A stretch of 64,000 nucleotides of DNA from Candidatus Sumerlaeaceae bacterium (GCA_051003195.1 JBPCLP010000008.1:168999-232998), one strand, 5' to 3'; shown: positions 42,913 to 52,143, counted from the first letter of the stretch. The notes: generated from the sequence alone by a model not told the origin. Translations and numbers: made by a program.

Positions 42913-43860
42913 TTGAGCACACGATTACATAAAGGTTTCGCCTGTTTTACGTGCGCACTTGGTTTCCTTGCTGGCGCTTGGGACGCGCATGCAGCCGCGG
43001 CTCATGCAGATGAATCCGCAACGACGCTGTACCTTTGGCCGAACGATAAAGAAAGCTCCGTTCCAGCCGAACAGCAACTGCCCTCTCGCGGTGGGGACAT
43101 CGTGCGTGTCACAAGCGTTACTCAACCCAGCATCACGCTATACCGTGCGCCAGCAACCGCCACGCTCACTCCCGGGATACTGATATGCCCCGGCGGCGGG
43201 TACAAGCACCTCGCGGTCAACATCGAGGGAAGCGAAGTCGCCCAGTGGCTGAACTCCATCGGGATCACGGCAGCAGTGCTGAAATACACAGTACCCGAAA
43301 ACCGGCCATCTGCTTTCCAGGATGCACAACGCGCCCTGCGCCTGCTCCGCAGTAATGCGGCCGACTGGAAGATCGACGCGTCGCGGATCGGGGTGCTCGG
43401 ATTTTCTGCCGGTGGACACCTGGCCGCGCGCCTCAGCACACACTTTGGAGAGCAGGTTTATCCGCCCGCTGACGACGCAGATAAACAATCCTGCCGACCC
43501 GATTTTACCGTGCTGATTTATCCCGCCTACCTCGCAAACGAGCGCTACGAACTTGCAGACGAAGTTACCGTCACGTCCGCAACGCCACCTGCATTCATAG
43601 TCCAGACCGAAGACGATCGTAAGTACGTTGCCAGCAGCCTGGGTTATGCGATCGCTTTGCACAACGCGAATGTTCCGGCCGAACTTCACCTGTACTCAAC
43701 CGGCGGACATGGCTACGGCCTGCGGCCATCCTCGCACGCGGTTTCGCAATGGCCCCGGCTCTGCGAATCCTGGCTTCGACATGCCGGAATTCTCGCACCC
43801 GCGACTCAAGCGAAAGCTACGAAAGGAACGGCGGAGATTCCGACCACCGGCGCGCATTAA
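42913..43860 (+). CDS. Alpha/beta hydrolase (acetylxylan esterase-like)
   Basis: ICPGGGY, GFSAGG, RPDFTVLIYP, GGHGYG. Confidence 0.9.
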   Translation: MSTRLHKGFACFTCALGFLAGAWDAHAAAAHADESATTLYLWPNDKESSVPAEQQLPSRGGDIVRVTSVTQPSITLYRAPATATLTPGILICPGGGYKHLAVNIEGSEVAQWLNSIGITAAVLKYTVPENRPSAFQDAQRALRLLRSNAADWKIDASRIGVLGFSAGGHLAARLSTHFGEQVYPPADDADKQSCRPDFTVLIYPAYLANERYELADEVTVTSATPPAFIVQTEDDRKYVASSLGYAIALHNANVPAELHLYSTGGHGYGLRPSSHAVSQWPRLCESWLRHAGILAPATQAKATKGTAEIPTTGAH

Positions 43861-43909
43861 AAAACCGCCGGCGACCCTCGGCCACCGGCGGCGCTCTCCC
43901 CGCTGCAAA

Positions 43910-44152
43910 TTAGTAACGTACGACCACCGAGCTGTAAGGATAACCTGCGTAAGGATAGGTCGTATACCACGGGCTGTAAATTCTTGGCGTGCTGACGAAA
44001 GTTCGGCCGTAATAGGCAGGATAAACCATCGGTGCCGAATGGTACGTCGGGTAATATCCGCCACCCACGACATAAATGGAACGGGCTTCGGCGGTGGAAC
44101 CGGAGAAGGTAAATCCTGCAGCGACCAGGGCGATTGCGACTATGCTTTTCAT
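43910..44152 (-). CDS. Small secreted Tyr/Pro-rich protein
   Basis: RBS GAGGAG, signal peptide ending AEA, Tyr-rich mature part; terminator-like hairpin downstream at about 43859-43892. Confidence 0.72.
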   Translation of the reverse strand: MKSIVAIALVAAGFTFSGSTAEARSIYVVGGGYYPTYHSAPMVYPAYYGRTFVSTPRIYSPWYTTYPYAGYPYSSVVVRY

Positions 44153-44427
44153 TGTTATCTCCTCAACATGTTTACAGCTAAGGAAGCGCTTCACCTGAAC
44201 ATTGCCCCGGTCCTTCAGGGCCGTCTTCGGGAGAACTTCTTCCCGTTGCTGCATGGCGGATCACCTATGCGCGCGACGTGCCGAAACCAGGGGCGGCATT
44301 GCTGATTAGTTAACAAGGCCAGCGACAATGATTTCCATGCGTCGCCTCACCCCCAGCCCGGCTGCAGCGGTCCGCAGGTGCGCGGACTTCCGCACGCCCT
44401 GTTCACGTTTCATACACTTCTGAAAAT

Positions 44428-45432
44428 CTACAGCGGGCGAACCTCGACGAACTGTTCCGTGGACGGATCGAAACGGATTGGGTTTCGCAGCGGCCTGCCA
44501 AACTGCTCGACCTCTATCTGCATAACATCCCCGTCCTGCATCAGGATGCGGTCCCCGAAGCTGAACGCGTCGGTGCCATAGAAATAGACATGGGCATCGC
44601 CCGGTCGGCGATGCTGCGGCACCTTAAAATGGTGATGCTCCAGGTTGGCGACGGTGTGGCACATGTGCGCGTCCCCCGTGAAAAACTCGGTCGACCAGAC
44701 GACCCTATCGCCACGCCTGATCGTCGCCTTGCCGCGGTTGCCGGAGAAATCCGGCTCGACGATCAGTTCCGGTCCAATGGAACAGGTCCGCAGCTTCGAC
44801 GGCGCGAGGTAGAGGTAGTTTTTCTCCTCGAGCACGTGATCCGAAAACTCATTCGTCACGGCCATACCCACCCGGCGAGGATTGCCGTCGTCGTCTACAA
44901 TGTACAGGCCGGCGATTTCCGACTCCTCGCCACCGTCTCCAGCGAACGACGGGACCTCCAATGCCTCCCCGTGTGCGCGCAGCACTGTCCCGCAGCCCTT
45001 GTAGAACCACTCCGGTTGTGTGCCGACGCACCCCGTCTGGGGGCGTCCACCTTCCTTGCCCCACATGTACATTTTCATGCTGTCGCTCACCGGCGCCGTG
45101 GCCGAGTGCATTGCCTGCCGGTTCTCTGCACTGGCTTTGTGAGTAAGGCCCGTGCCCGTGACAAGGCATCGCGCGGGTTCTTCCGGGTGATCGAATGCCT
45201 GCAGCAGCCGCCATTCCGGGTCCGATCCTTCGTAGATCGGGTCGTATTCGATCGAGGTCGCGTCCAGTGATTGTGTTGCCAATTCCGCCAGCGCCACTTC
45301 ATCACGCGCGGCATTCAACGCGAGCTCGTAAACCGACCCGAACTTCGCATTCAGCAGCACCAGCTTCGGTTCCTGGACCAGGGCGACTCGCCGCTCGCCG
45401 CTCGTGTTTCTCAATTGTACCAGTGATAACAT
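44428..45432 (-). CDS. AraD1/GguC-family protein (FAH superfamily, pentose catabolism)
   Basis: VTGTGLTH, QPEWFYKG, DGGEESEIAGLY, NEFSDH, NYLYLAPSKLR, LEHHHFK. Confidence 0.88.
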   Translation of the reverse strand: MLSLVQLRNTSGERRVALVQEPKLVLLNAKFGSVYELALNAARDEVALAELATQSLDATSIEYDPIYEGSDPEWRLLQAFDHPEEPARCLVTGTGLTHKASAENRQAMHSATAPVSDSMKMYMWGKEGGRPQTGCVGTQPEWFYKGCGTVLRAHGEALEVPSFAGDGGEESEIAGLYIVDDDGNPRRVGMAVTNEFSDHVLEEKNYLYLAPSKLRTCSIGPELIVEPDFSGNRGKATIRRGDRVVWSTEFFTGDAHMCHTVANLEHHHFKVPQHRRPGDAHVYFYGTDAFSFGDRILMQDGDVMQIEVEQFGRPLRNPIRFDPSTEQFVEVRPL

Positions 45433-45587
45433 TTACGCCTCAAAACGCATTGCGCTTCTAACAAACACTCACGCTGAGTAGAAGAAATGCGTTTCCACTG
45501 GTTCGACAACTGAAAACAGCGACTCAAGCTGCGCCGCGCCTGACCAGGTCCGAGAAGATCTTCATTGCCGTTGTTCTCGTACCGGTT

Positions 45588-46412
45588 ATGGCGCATTTCG
45601 TATTCTTTCACGTGGCGCCTGTCGTGCTGAGCTTCTTCATCAGTTTTACGGAGTGGAAGATCAAAGGCGACCCGCTGTGGATCGGCCTCGCCAATTATCG
45701 CCAACTGGTGCACGACACTGTTTTTCGGCGGGCGCTTCTCAACACCGCCCTCTTTACCGTCTACTTTGTCCCGCCCATGCTTGCGGCGTCGCTCGCACTG
45801 GCGCTTCTGGTCAACCACCAGACCCGTGCAGCGGCGTTGTTCAAAACCGCGTATTTTCTGCCGGTCGTCACCTCATTTGTGGTGTTCGCGCTGATCTTCG
45901 GCTGGATTTTCCAGGCCGGGCCCAACTCCCTGGCCAACAAGGCACTCGGACAGGTTGGAATTCGTCCGCAGTCCTGGCTTCAAAATGAGCATCAGGCTTT
46001 GCCGCTGCTCGCTCTGCTGGGTATCCTCAAAGGTGCGGGCTGGAACATGGTTTACTTCCTGGCCGGTTTGCAGGCAATACCCGACACATTCTACGAAGCA
46101 GCCCGCGTGGATGGCGCCAGCAGGTTCGCCATTTTTCGCCGTATTACCCTGCCGCTGCTGCGACCAACCATTTACTTCGTGCTGGTGCTGACCACCATTG
46201 GCGCTTTCCAGGTTTTCGATTCTGCGTACGTGTTAACCGGCGGCGGCCCAGCCTACGCGACCACGACGATCGTATACTTCATTTATACGCAGGGTTTTGA
46301 ATCTTTCCAGATGGGCTACGCGTCCGCGTCGGCTTACGTTCTGTTGCTGCTGGTACTGCTGGTCACATGGATCCAGAAGCGTTACCTTGGCGCAGTCGGG
46401 GATTGGTACTGA
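45588..46412 (+). CDS. Carbohydrate ABC transporter permease (true start possibly upstream)
   Basis: WIGLANY, FLPVVTS, EAA loop LAGLQAIPDTFYEAARVDGA. Confidence 0.92.
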   Translation: MAHFVFFHVAPVVLSFFISFTEWKIKGDPLWIGLANYRQLVHDTVFRRALLNTALFTVYFVPPMLAASLALALLVNHQTRAAALFKTAYFLPVVTSFVVFALIFGWIFQAGPNSLANKALGQVGIRPQSWLQNEHQALPLLALLGILKGAGWNMVYFLAGLQAIPDTFYEAARVDGASRFAIFRRITLPLLRPTIYFVLVLTTIGAFQVFDSAYVLTGGGPAYATTTIVYFIYTQGFESFQMGYASASAYVLLLLVLLVTWIQKRYLGAVGDWY

Positions 46413-46414
46413 CA

Positions 46415-47236
46415 ATGAACGGTCGCACGCTATCGCGAGTCACCTGGTGGCTCGTTTCGCTCACCGTCGCAATCGTCCTGGTTGGCCCCTTTTTTATTAT
46501 GATCGCCGCGTCGCTTCAGAAAAGCCGCACCTATTTTGTCGGCGCGTGGGATTGGTTCCCGCGCCAACCCACCCTGCAAAATTACGAGCTGATCTTCACG
46601 CGCTCGGCTGTGCTGCGCTGGACCGTAAACTCGCTCCTGATTTCTACGATCCCCGTTGCGGTGAGCGTAATGGTATCGCTGGCGGCTGGTTATATCTTCG
46701 CCCGCAAACAGTTCCGCGGGCGCGAGCCAATGTTCTGGCTGCTGCTTTCCTCGCTCATGGTACCATTCCAGGTCACACTTACACCGCTTTACCTGATGAT
46801 GAACCGCATCGGGTGGATCGATACCTACTGGGTCCTGATGGTACCCAGCATGCTGAGCGTAACGGGGATTTTCCTGATGCGCCAGTTTGTGCAGACAATA
46901 CCGATTACGCTGGAGGAAGCCGCGGAGCTGGACGGATGCAACCCGTGGCAGGTTCTGCGCTGGGTAATTGCGCCGCTCAGCAAAACAGCCATCGCGACCC
47001 TGGCGACGCTCGGTTTTATTTCCGCCTGGAACAGCTTCCTCTACCCATTAATTTTCACCGCCAGTGAAAAGATGCGACCGCTCACGGTCGGGTTGTCGAC
47101 GTTTGCCGATACCAGCGGCAGCTTCGGCATTAACATGGCCGCCGCCACCATCAACTTCCTCCCGACGCTTGTCATTTTCCTGTTCTTTCAACGATACTTC
47201 GTAAAAGGAATCGCGATGGGCGGAGTGAAGCTATAG
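46415..47236 (+). CDS. Carbohydrate ABC transporter permease
   Basis: PTLQNY, IPITLEEAAELDGC, FFQRYFVKGI. Confidence 0.92.
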   Translation: MNGRTLSRVTWWLVSLTVAIVLVGPFFIMIAASLQKSRTYFVGAWDWFPRQPTLQNYELIFTRSAVLRWTVNSLLISTIPVAVSVMVSLAAGYIFARKQFRGREPMFWLLLSSLMVPFQVTLTPLYLMMNRIGWIDTYWVLMVPSMLSVTGIFLMRQFVQTIPITLEEAAELDGCNPWQVLRWVIAPLSKTAIATLATLGFISAWNSFLYPLIFTASEKMRPLTVGLSTFADTSGSFGINMAAATINFLPTLVIFLFFQRYFVKGIAMGGVKL

Positions 47237-47302
47237 GGTCTTGCCCGAATGCTACGCTGGAATGATGTGTCGGTCGGAGCGCGCGGGCGGTGATGATTGG
47301 AG

Positions 47303-47349
47303 GTTTTCAAGTTTTCAAGTTTTCAAGTTTTTCAAGTTTTTTTCAAGTT
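47303..47349. repeat. Tandem G(T4-7)CAA repeat, five units
   Basis: GTTTTCAA x3, GTTTTTCAA, GTTTTTTTCAA. Confidence 0.9.
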
Positions 47350-47401
47350 GGCGGTGTAGAAGCTTGAAACGCTTGCAGATAAATCAAGTTGGCGAAAACG
47401 G

Positions 47402-47420
47402 GGTAATTTCGCCACTTGAA
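47402..47420 (-). repeat. Left arm of 19-bp inverted repeat (partner 51278-51296)
   Basis: GGTAATTTCGCCACTTGAA is the exact reverse complement of TTCAAGTGGCGAAATTACC. Confidence 0.9.
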
Positions 47421-48015
47421 AAACGGTCATCCACGCGTAAGAATTCGCGGGGCCGTGGATTTCCCGCTTCCTTGCGCCATGGGCGGCTTTTTCCGCCAGG
47501 CGCATGGACGTAAAATGCCACGCGGATTGGGCGCACAGGTCCATCTGCCGTCGGTCACGGCGTTCGGGCTGCATAGTTGTCAAAGAACGTGTTCAGCTTT
47601 TACTACACGGGCAGGTATACACCAGTTGTGGAGGGCGTGTCACTTCCCTGGCGTACCCTAAAGGTGGGCTAAGTCCAATGAAGTCGAAAAAGATTTTGGG
47701 CGAACGTGCGCTGGTGCGTGCGGAAAACTCCCGGATGGGGGCCGTTGGTCAACGTGCCATGCTGATGAGAGCCTTCAGTAAAAAAGTGTGATCGTCTAGC
47801 GAGCGAAGGAGACGCTCTCCAACGGTCTCGGAACCCCTTTCTCCAACCCATGAATCCTTATCATGGATGTCACCGAGTTTTCTCCTGGTTTCATCGTCGA
47901 GGGAGGTGATGAAGATCGGTAGGCGGCGTTTAAGCAGCGCGCGCTTGACAAGCCTCCCCACCTCTGCAAATTTGCCTAGCTACGATTGCACCACTGGGGC
48001 TAGAAAGGCAACATC

Positions 48016-48794
48016 ATGAACTGCCCACGCTGCAAAGTACCCGTAGAGGAGGGCACAAGTCAGTGGCCGCATATCAGACCGCGCTGCAATCACTGCAACA
48101 GCAACTACGGCCTTATACGAACTACTGTAACGCTCTCTTTACACCAGGAACCGAGCTTGTGAGAAATGAGTTTTTCGAGAAGGAGACCGGTGTCCTCAGT
48201 CATTCCGAGCGGCTGCATGCTGAATCCGTGCTGAAACAGATTCAGCAATTTATACCGTCAGTTAATGGCATAACGTGCCCATCTTCGACGCTAAAGCCGC
48301 TGGATGATATGATACGAAGGAGCGTGGGTGAGGTCGGCAAGGCCTGCAGCGATGCGCTGCAGGAGTACGGAAGACGCCGCGATTTTTACCGAAACACGCT
48401 GCAGAATGTGACCACTTCGCTTGATTCATTGCAGCATGCGATCAGTTCCGCCGTCCAAGCGCCACGGACCCAACTACCCGAAAACAAGACAGTGTCCGTG
48501 GCAGAACTGGTGGAGGAAGCAGGGAGAGATTTAGATGAGTCGCTGGTTAGTGAGTCAGATAATAGCCGGTCCTATGTTGCCGCTTCGGGACGTCTCAAAG
48601 TTGGTCGGACGCTCTATTATGGTCCGAAGAAAAAGTACAAAGGTATGATTATCGACTTCAATGAATCCGAAACGGAAGGGGCCGATCATGGGCCCTATCG
48701 AAGCGTCCGGATTCAGAATGAACGGAATGGAAACGTTGAGATTCATGACCGTGAAGTACTTGTCATGGAAGGGAATTGGTTTTTAGGCGAGTAG
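48016..48794 (+). pseudogene. Probable frameshifted hypothetical gene (zinc-ribbon-like start plus helical body)
   Basis: RBS AGAAAGG with ATG 48016 gives MNCPRCKVPVEEGTSQWPH, while the long 243-aa ORF from about 48063 is in another frame. Confidence 0.5.
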
Positions 48795-48894
48795 CTGGGG
48801 TAGTTCTGCGGTACCGGTAGTTCTGGGGGCGGTAATTCTAGCGTCGGCTCCGCAACCATTCCTCGCCACCGGGAGCCGACCCTCTCCCTTTAAA

Positions 48895-48943
48895 CCCGTG
48901 TAACAAAATTACTTGCAAGTCACTACAGCCCATGTAACACGGG
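48895..48943. promoter_or_regulatory. Inverted repeat flanking the methylase promoter (candidate operator)
   Basis: CCCGTGTAACA ... TGTAACACGGG (1 mismatch) surrounds TTGCAA and ends 5 nt before the ATG. Confidence 0.55.
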
Positions 48944-48948
48944 CGAGC

Positions 48949-50019
48949 ATGGCACGTTCATCAACTACCTTCCGTCCGAAATGGAGCTGCGGGCCCACGA
49001 CGGTGGTCCGCATTCCTGAGCGTTTTGCAAAGAAGGTTATGGAGTACGCCCAGGAGCTCGATTCAGGTGCATCACCACTCGCCGAACCCGCGGTCGCCTA
49101 CAAAACTGCACGTGATTTTTGCGCAGCAAAGCCGGTCAATGTAGCCTCCGTTCCAAAGCTCTCCCCGTTCCGGTACCCTGGAGGCAAGACTTGGCTCGTG
49201 CCTTATATTAGGACATGGCTATCCAGCAAAAAGCAACGGCCCGGTGTTCTTGTTGAGCCATTCGCTGGTGGCGGAATCGTTGGACTGACAGCCGCATTTG
49301 AGCGCCTTGCAGAACACGTGCTATTAGTAGAGAAAGATGCCGACATTGCTGCCGTTTGGAACGCCATATTCTCAGGTCAGGCTGAGTGGTTAGCTGAGCG
49401 AATATTGAAGTATAAGCTGTCGACCGCAAATGCGAAGGCAACACTAGCCCAGCCGCCGAGTTCTCAACGTGATCGAGCATTTGCGACGATCCTTCGTAAT
49501 CGAGTGCAACGCGGTGGGATTATGGCGGTAGGAGCCGGACTTGTAAAAACTGGAGAAAACGGTAAAGGCATTTCATCGCGTTGGTATCCAGAAACGCTCG
49601 CTGAACGAATTCGGGAAATTGCTGCATGCAAACAATGGCTATCGTTTTTAGAAGCGGATGCATTCGATGTGATCACGCGTTATGCCGATGACGAGAAGGT
49701 AGTTTTCTTTGTCGACCCGCCATACACCGTTGCCGCGAAGCGACTATATCAGCATTGGGAAGTAGACCACACCGTATTGTTCAAATTACTGTCGAAGGTG
49801 CGTGGCGACGTATTGCTGACCTATGACAACACGGTTGAAATAAATGCCTTGGCAGCGGCCAACGGATTTCAAACTCATGCGATCGCGATGAAAAACACGC
49901 ATCATGCTAAGATGACGGAGCTGCTAATTGGGAGGGATCTTACCTGGCTTCGAGACGCGCAAGCTTTTCGAGCAGTAGCCGTTCAAACGTCTCTAATGGG
50001 AGCGGCGTTCCACCAGTAA
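48949..50019 (+). CDS. DNA adenine methyltransferase (Dam/D12 class) with short N-terminal putative DNA-binding extension
   Basis: SPFRYPGGKT, VEPFAGGG (motif I), FFVDPPY (motif IV). Confidence 0.92.
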   Translation: MARSSTTFRPKWSCGPTTVVRIPERFAKKVMEYAQELDSGASPLAEPAVAYKTARDFCAAKPVNVASVPKLSPFRYPGGKTWLVPYIRTWLSSKKQRPGVLVEPFAGGGIVGLTAAFERLAEHVLLVEKDADIAAVWNAIFSGQAEWLAERILKYKLSTANAKATLAQPPSSQRDRAFATILRNRVQRGGIMAVGAGLVKTGENGKGISSRWYPETLAERIREIAACKQWLSFLEADAFDVITRYADDEKVVFFVDPPYTVAAKRLYQHWEVDHTVLFKLLSKVRGDVLLTYDNTVEINALAAANGFQTHAIAMKNTHHAKMTELLIGRDLTWLRDAQAFRAVAVQTSLMGAAFHQ

Positions 50020-50845
50020 GACCCTCAACCGCATCTTCAAGCCGGGTGTAATGTACGCTGTCTCGCACCAGCTTGAGATTGCTCGTCGTCCCGCATCGCT
50101 CAAGTCGCACGACGAACCATACAATGTCGGAGTTCGAAAGGTTTGGCACTTCGCGCATCGTACGCAGTGATGCCCAGAATTCCGAGTCGACCACAACGGC
50201 CATCTTTTTCCCCCAGCGGCGAATGGTCGGAACCTTAACTTGAAGTTGCGGCATCAAACGCTTTGGGCCGGAGGAACGAAAATCTGGCCTGCGTTGCACC
50301 GAGGGATAGGGTAGGTTCGGTCCTGTCCAATTCTGCCATTGGCGTTGGTCATTCCCCATGCTACCGCCGGAAAAATAAACCGCCTGCATCTCGAGCGCGC
50401 ACCATGCGAGGGGTGTCGATTCCGAGTTTACCAGCACCATGTCGATCATTCCAACAGCATCCGGGTCACTGTCGTCTGCATCTGCTCCCATAAGAAATGG
50501 TAGTTCCGGCACACGGGTTGGGGAGTCCGTACGCAGTATCACGTCGCCCACCCATCGGAAAACTTCCCTCTGCTCTAAGAAGCGATTTGGGCAGGTAATC
50601 GCCGGCGCTCCGCCGACTATCGCTGTGCCATCCATTTGTCGTTCGAAGGGACGAATTGAACACACGCCACCTTTCTTGTTACAGAGCAGTTCCACTCCAG
50701 CTGCTTGTGACCTGAAAGGGCAAATCTGCTGCTGGCCTGCTACGGCAAAAGTGTGAAGCTCCTCCATTGACAGAGAATCAATGCTTCTGCCGAAAAGTTC
50801 TGCGGCGCTGTAACGTGCTGCAGCAGTCTGGCGAGCCCTTGGCAT
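49940..50845 (-). CDS. NotI-family type II restriction endonuclease
   Basis: AELFG, CPF...CNKKGGVCS...CPNRF (Cys4 metal site), IDMVLV...LEMQAVYFSG, RPDFRSSGPKRLMPQL. Confidence 0.82.
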   Translation of the reverse strand: MPRARQTAAARYSAAELFGRSIDSLSMEELHTFAVAGQQQICPFRSQAAGVELLCNKKGGVCSIRPFERQMDGTAIVGGAPAITCPNRFLEQREVFRWVGDVILRTDSPTRVPELPFLMGADADDSDPDAVGMIDMVLVNSESTPLAWCALEMQAVYFSGGSMGNDQRQWQNWTGPNLPYPSVQRRPDFRSSGPKRLMPQLQVKVPTIRRWGKKMAVVVDSEFWASLRTMREVPNLSNSDIVWFVVRLERCGTTSNLKLVRDSVHYTRLEDAVEGLTGGTPLPLETFERLLLEKLARLEAR

Positions 50846-51103
50846 CCGCGTACTTGCTAATACCCGAATGTAGCTTCCAAGGAAAAACGGAACTCGGCCT
50901 CCACAGAAGGCTTAAGCGGAAAACCGGGACGGAGATTTGAGATTTAGAGATTTAGGATCAGCTCCCGAATCAGTTCCTTTTCATGGACGCGGCTGCCCGG
51001 CGACTGGTGCCGAAACCTCTGCACTTTAAGGTGCTCTAAGGGTCTCGAAGGGGTGGTGCGGGAATACCATTGTCCAAAAGCCTGTGCTACACAGGTCCTC
51101 ATA

Positions 51104-51253
51104 ATGATAAACCAAACGCAGTTTCACGACCCCAAAACCAGCGCGAGCGACGCCGCCCCACTCGCCGCAGACGATTGCGAATCCGGTTTGTCCTCCGCAC
51201 TCCGCAATCCGCAATCCAAGTGGCCCACGCAGACGAACTCGAAACAGGAGTGA
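51104..51253 (+). CDS. Putative 49-aa small ORF (repeat unit A)
   Basis: Shares LAADD(C/S)ESGL(S/Y)SALRNP with unit B; coding status uncertain. Confidence 0.3.
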   Translation: MINQTQFHDPKTSASDAAPLAADDCESGLSSALRNPQSKWPTQTNSKQE

Positions 51254-51277
51254 AACCTTACAGAAAGATTACCGCTA

Positions 51278-51296
51278 TTCAAGTGGCGAAATTACC
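51278..51296 (+). repeat. Right arm of 19-bp inverted repeat; a diverged third copy lies at 51489-51509
   Basis: TTCAAGTGGCGAAATTACC; third copy TCAAAGGGCGAAATTACCCCC. Confidence 0.9.
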
Positions 51297-51330
51297 AACT
51301 TGAACTTGAAAGCAGAAAGGAGACATTTTG

Positions 51331-51471
51331 ATGACCCTGGCAACGCAACCCGCCGTCCTTGCCGCCGACGATTCCGAGTCCGGCTTGTACTCCGCACTCC
51401 GCAATCCGCACTCCGCAATCGCCTCACACGCCTCCCACGAAAAAACAAAAGAAGAACTGGAGGCCACATGA
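51331..51471 (+). CDS. Putative 46-aa small ORF (repeat unit B)
   Basis: Strong RBS GAAAGGAG; MTLATQPAVLAADDSESGLYSALRNPHSAIASHASHEKTKEELEAT*. Confidence 0.4.
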   Translation: MTLATQPAVLAADDSESGLYSALRNPHSAIASHASHEKTKEELEAT

Positions 51472-51558
51472 TCTGAACATTACGGAAATCAAAGGGCGAA
51501 ATTACCCCCATCGGCCTGTTTGATTTAAATCGTGAAATGCCAATGAGCGACGCCAATT

Positions 51559-51596
51559 CTTTGATTAGTTTTGATTAGTTTTGATTAGCTTTGATT
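51559..51596. repeat. 10-bp-period tandem repeat TTGATTAG(T/C)T, about four units
   Basis: TTGATTAGTT TTGATTAGTT TTGATTAGCT TTGATT. Confidence 0.9.
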
Positions 51597-51614
51597 GAGG
51601 CTCGGCGCTGGTTT

Positions 51615-51872
51615 TTGAAGTGCGAGCCGCTTGCCGCCGCTTTGGGTAGCGCAAGGCTCGAGTCGTTTGCGCGGGCTTCCAGGACTGGTTGAGTCTTCTT
51701 CTCGCAGCAGGCTGGAAGCCTGCTCTACCGCGCAAGATGCGCGATATGAATTCTGGGAACACGCGCGAATTACGTATAGTGGTTTGTTGGACCGGGCGCC
51801 GCCATCTGCGCGCTTCGCGCGTTTCCAAAGCGGCGGCAAGCCGCGCGCACTCCAAATTAGATTGTCGGAAGC
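51615..51872. repeat. REP/REPIN-like cluster
   Basis: Inverted pair (51615-51652 versus 51817-51855) with core GCTTGCCGCCGCTTTGG, enclosing a GTAG-footed palindrome (minus strand GGTAGAGCAGGCTTCCAGCCTGCT, about 51706-51729). Confidence 0.75.
51794..51872 (+). repeat. 79-bp direct repeat, copy 1 (copy 2 at 59481-59559)
   Basis: 76/79 identical by manual alignment. Confidence 0.92.
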
Positions 51873-51929
51873 AATTTCAGGTGCGGTTGACGTTTTTCCC
51901 GATTGTTCTGGTGCGGGCGACAAGCGGCT

Positions 51930-51974
51930 GCTCCAGGTTAAGTGGTAGAACAGTCGGGTGAACGAGTGTCCCAT
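51930..51974 (-). mobile_element. N-terminal stub of an IS200/IS605-type (Y1/RAYT-like) transposase
   Basis: MGHSFTRLFYHLTWS resembles the TnpA start (L.YH..(F/W)STK). No HUH motif follows, and it lies next to the REPs. Confidence 0.5.
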
Positions 51975-52143
51975 TGCGGCGTGTAACATCAGGGTCGCTG
52001 CTGGCAGCTCAAGTGGAACGCGAACATTGGGACCCACGCACTGCCAGCAAGCTCCTTGACTTCCAGGGCGGAGAGAAGCGGCTGGCTGAAATAACCCTGA
52101 GTTCAGGCAGCAGCGTTCATCGTGCTGCTTCGGAGGATCGCAC

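Noticed and set aside
47669..47961. Short minus-strand ORFs in the island's left part
   Set aside because: No recognisable motif or clear RBS; possibly gene debris but not supportable.
47303..51600. Possible CRISPR array among the short repeats
   Set aside because: No constant 23-47-bp repeat with unique, evenly sized spacers, and no cas genes.
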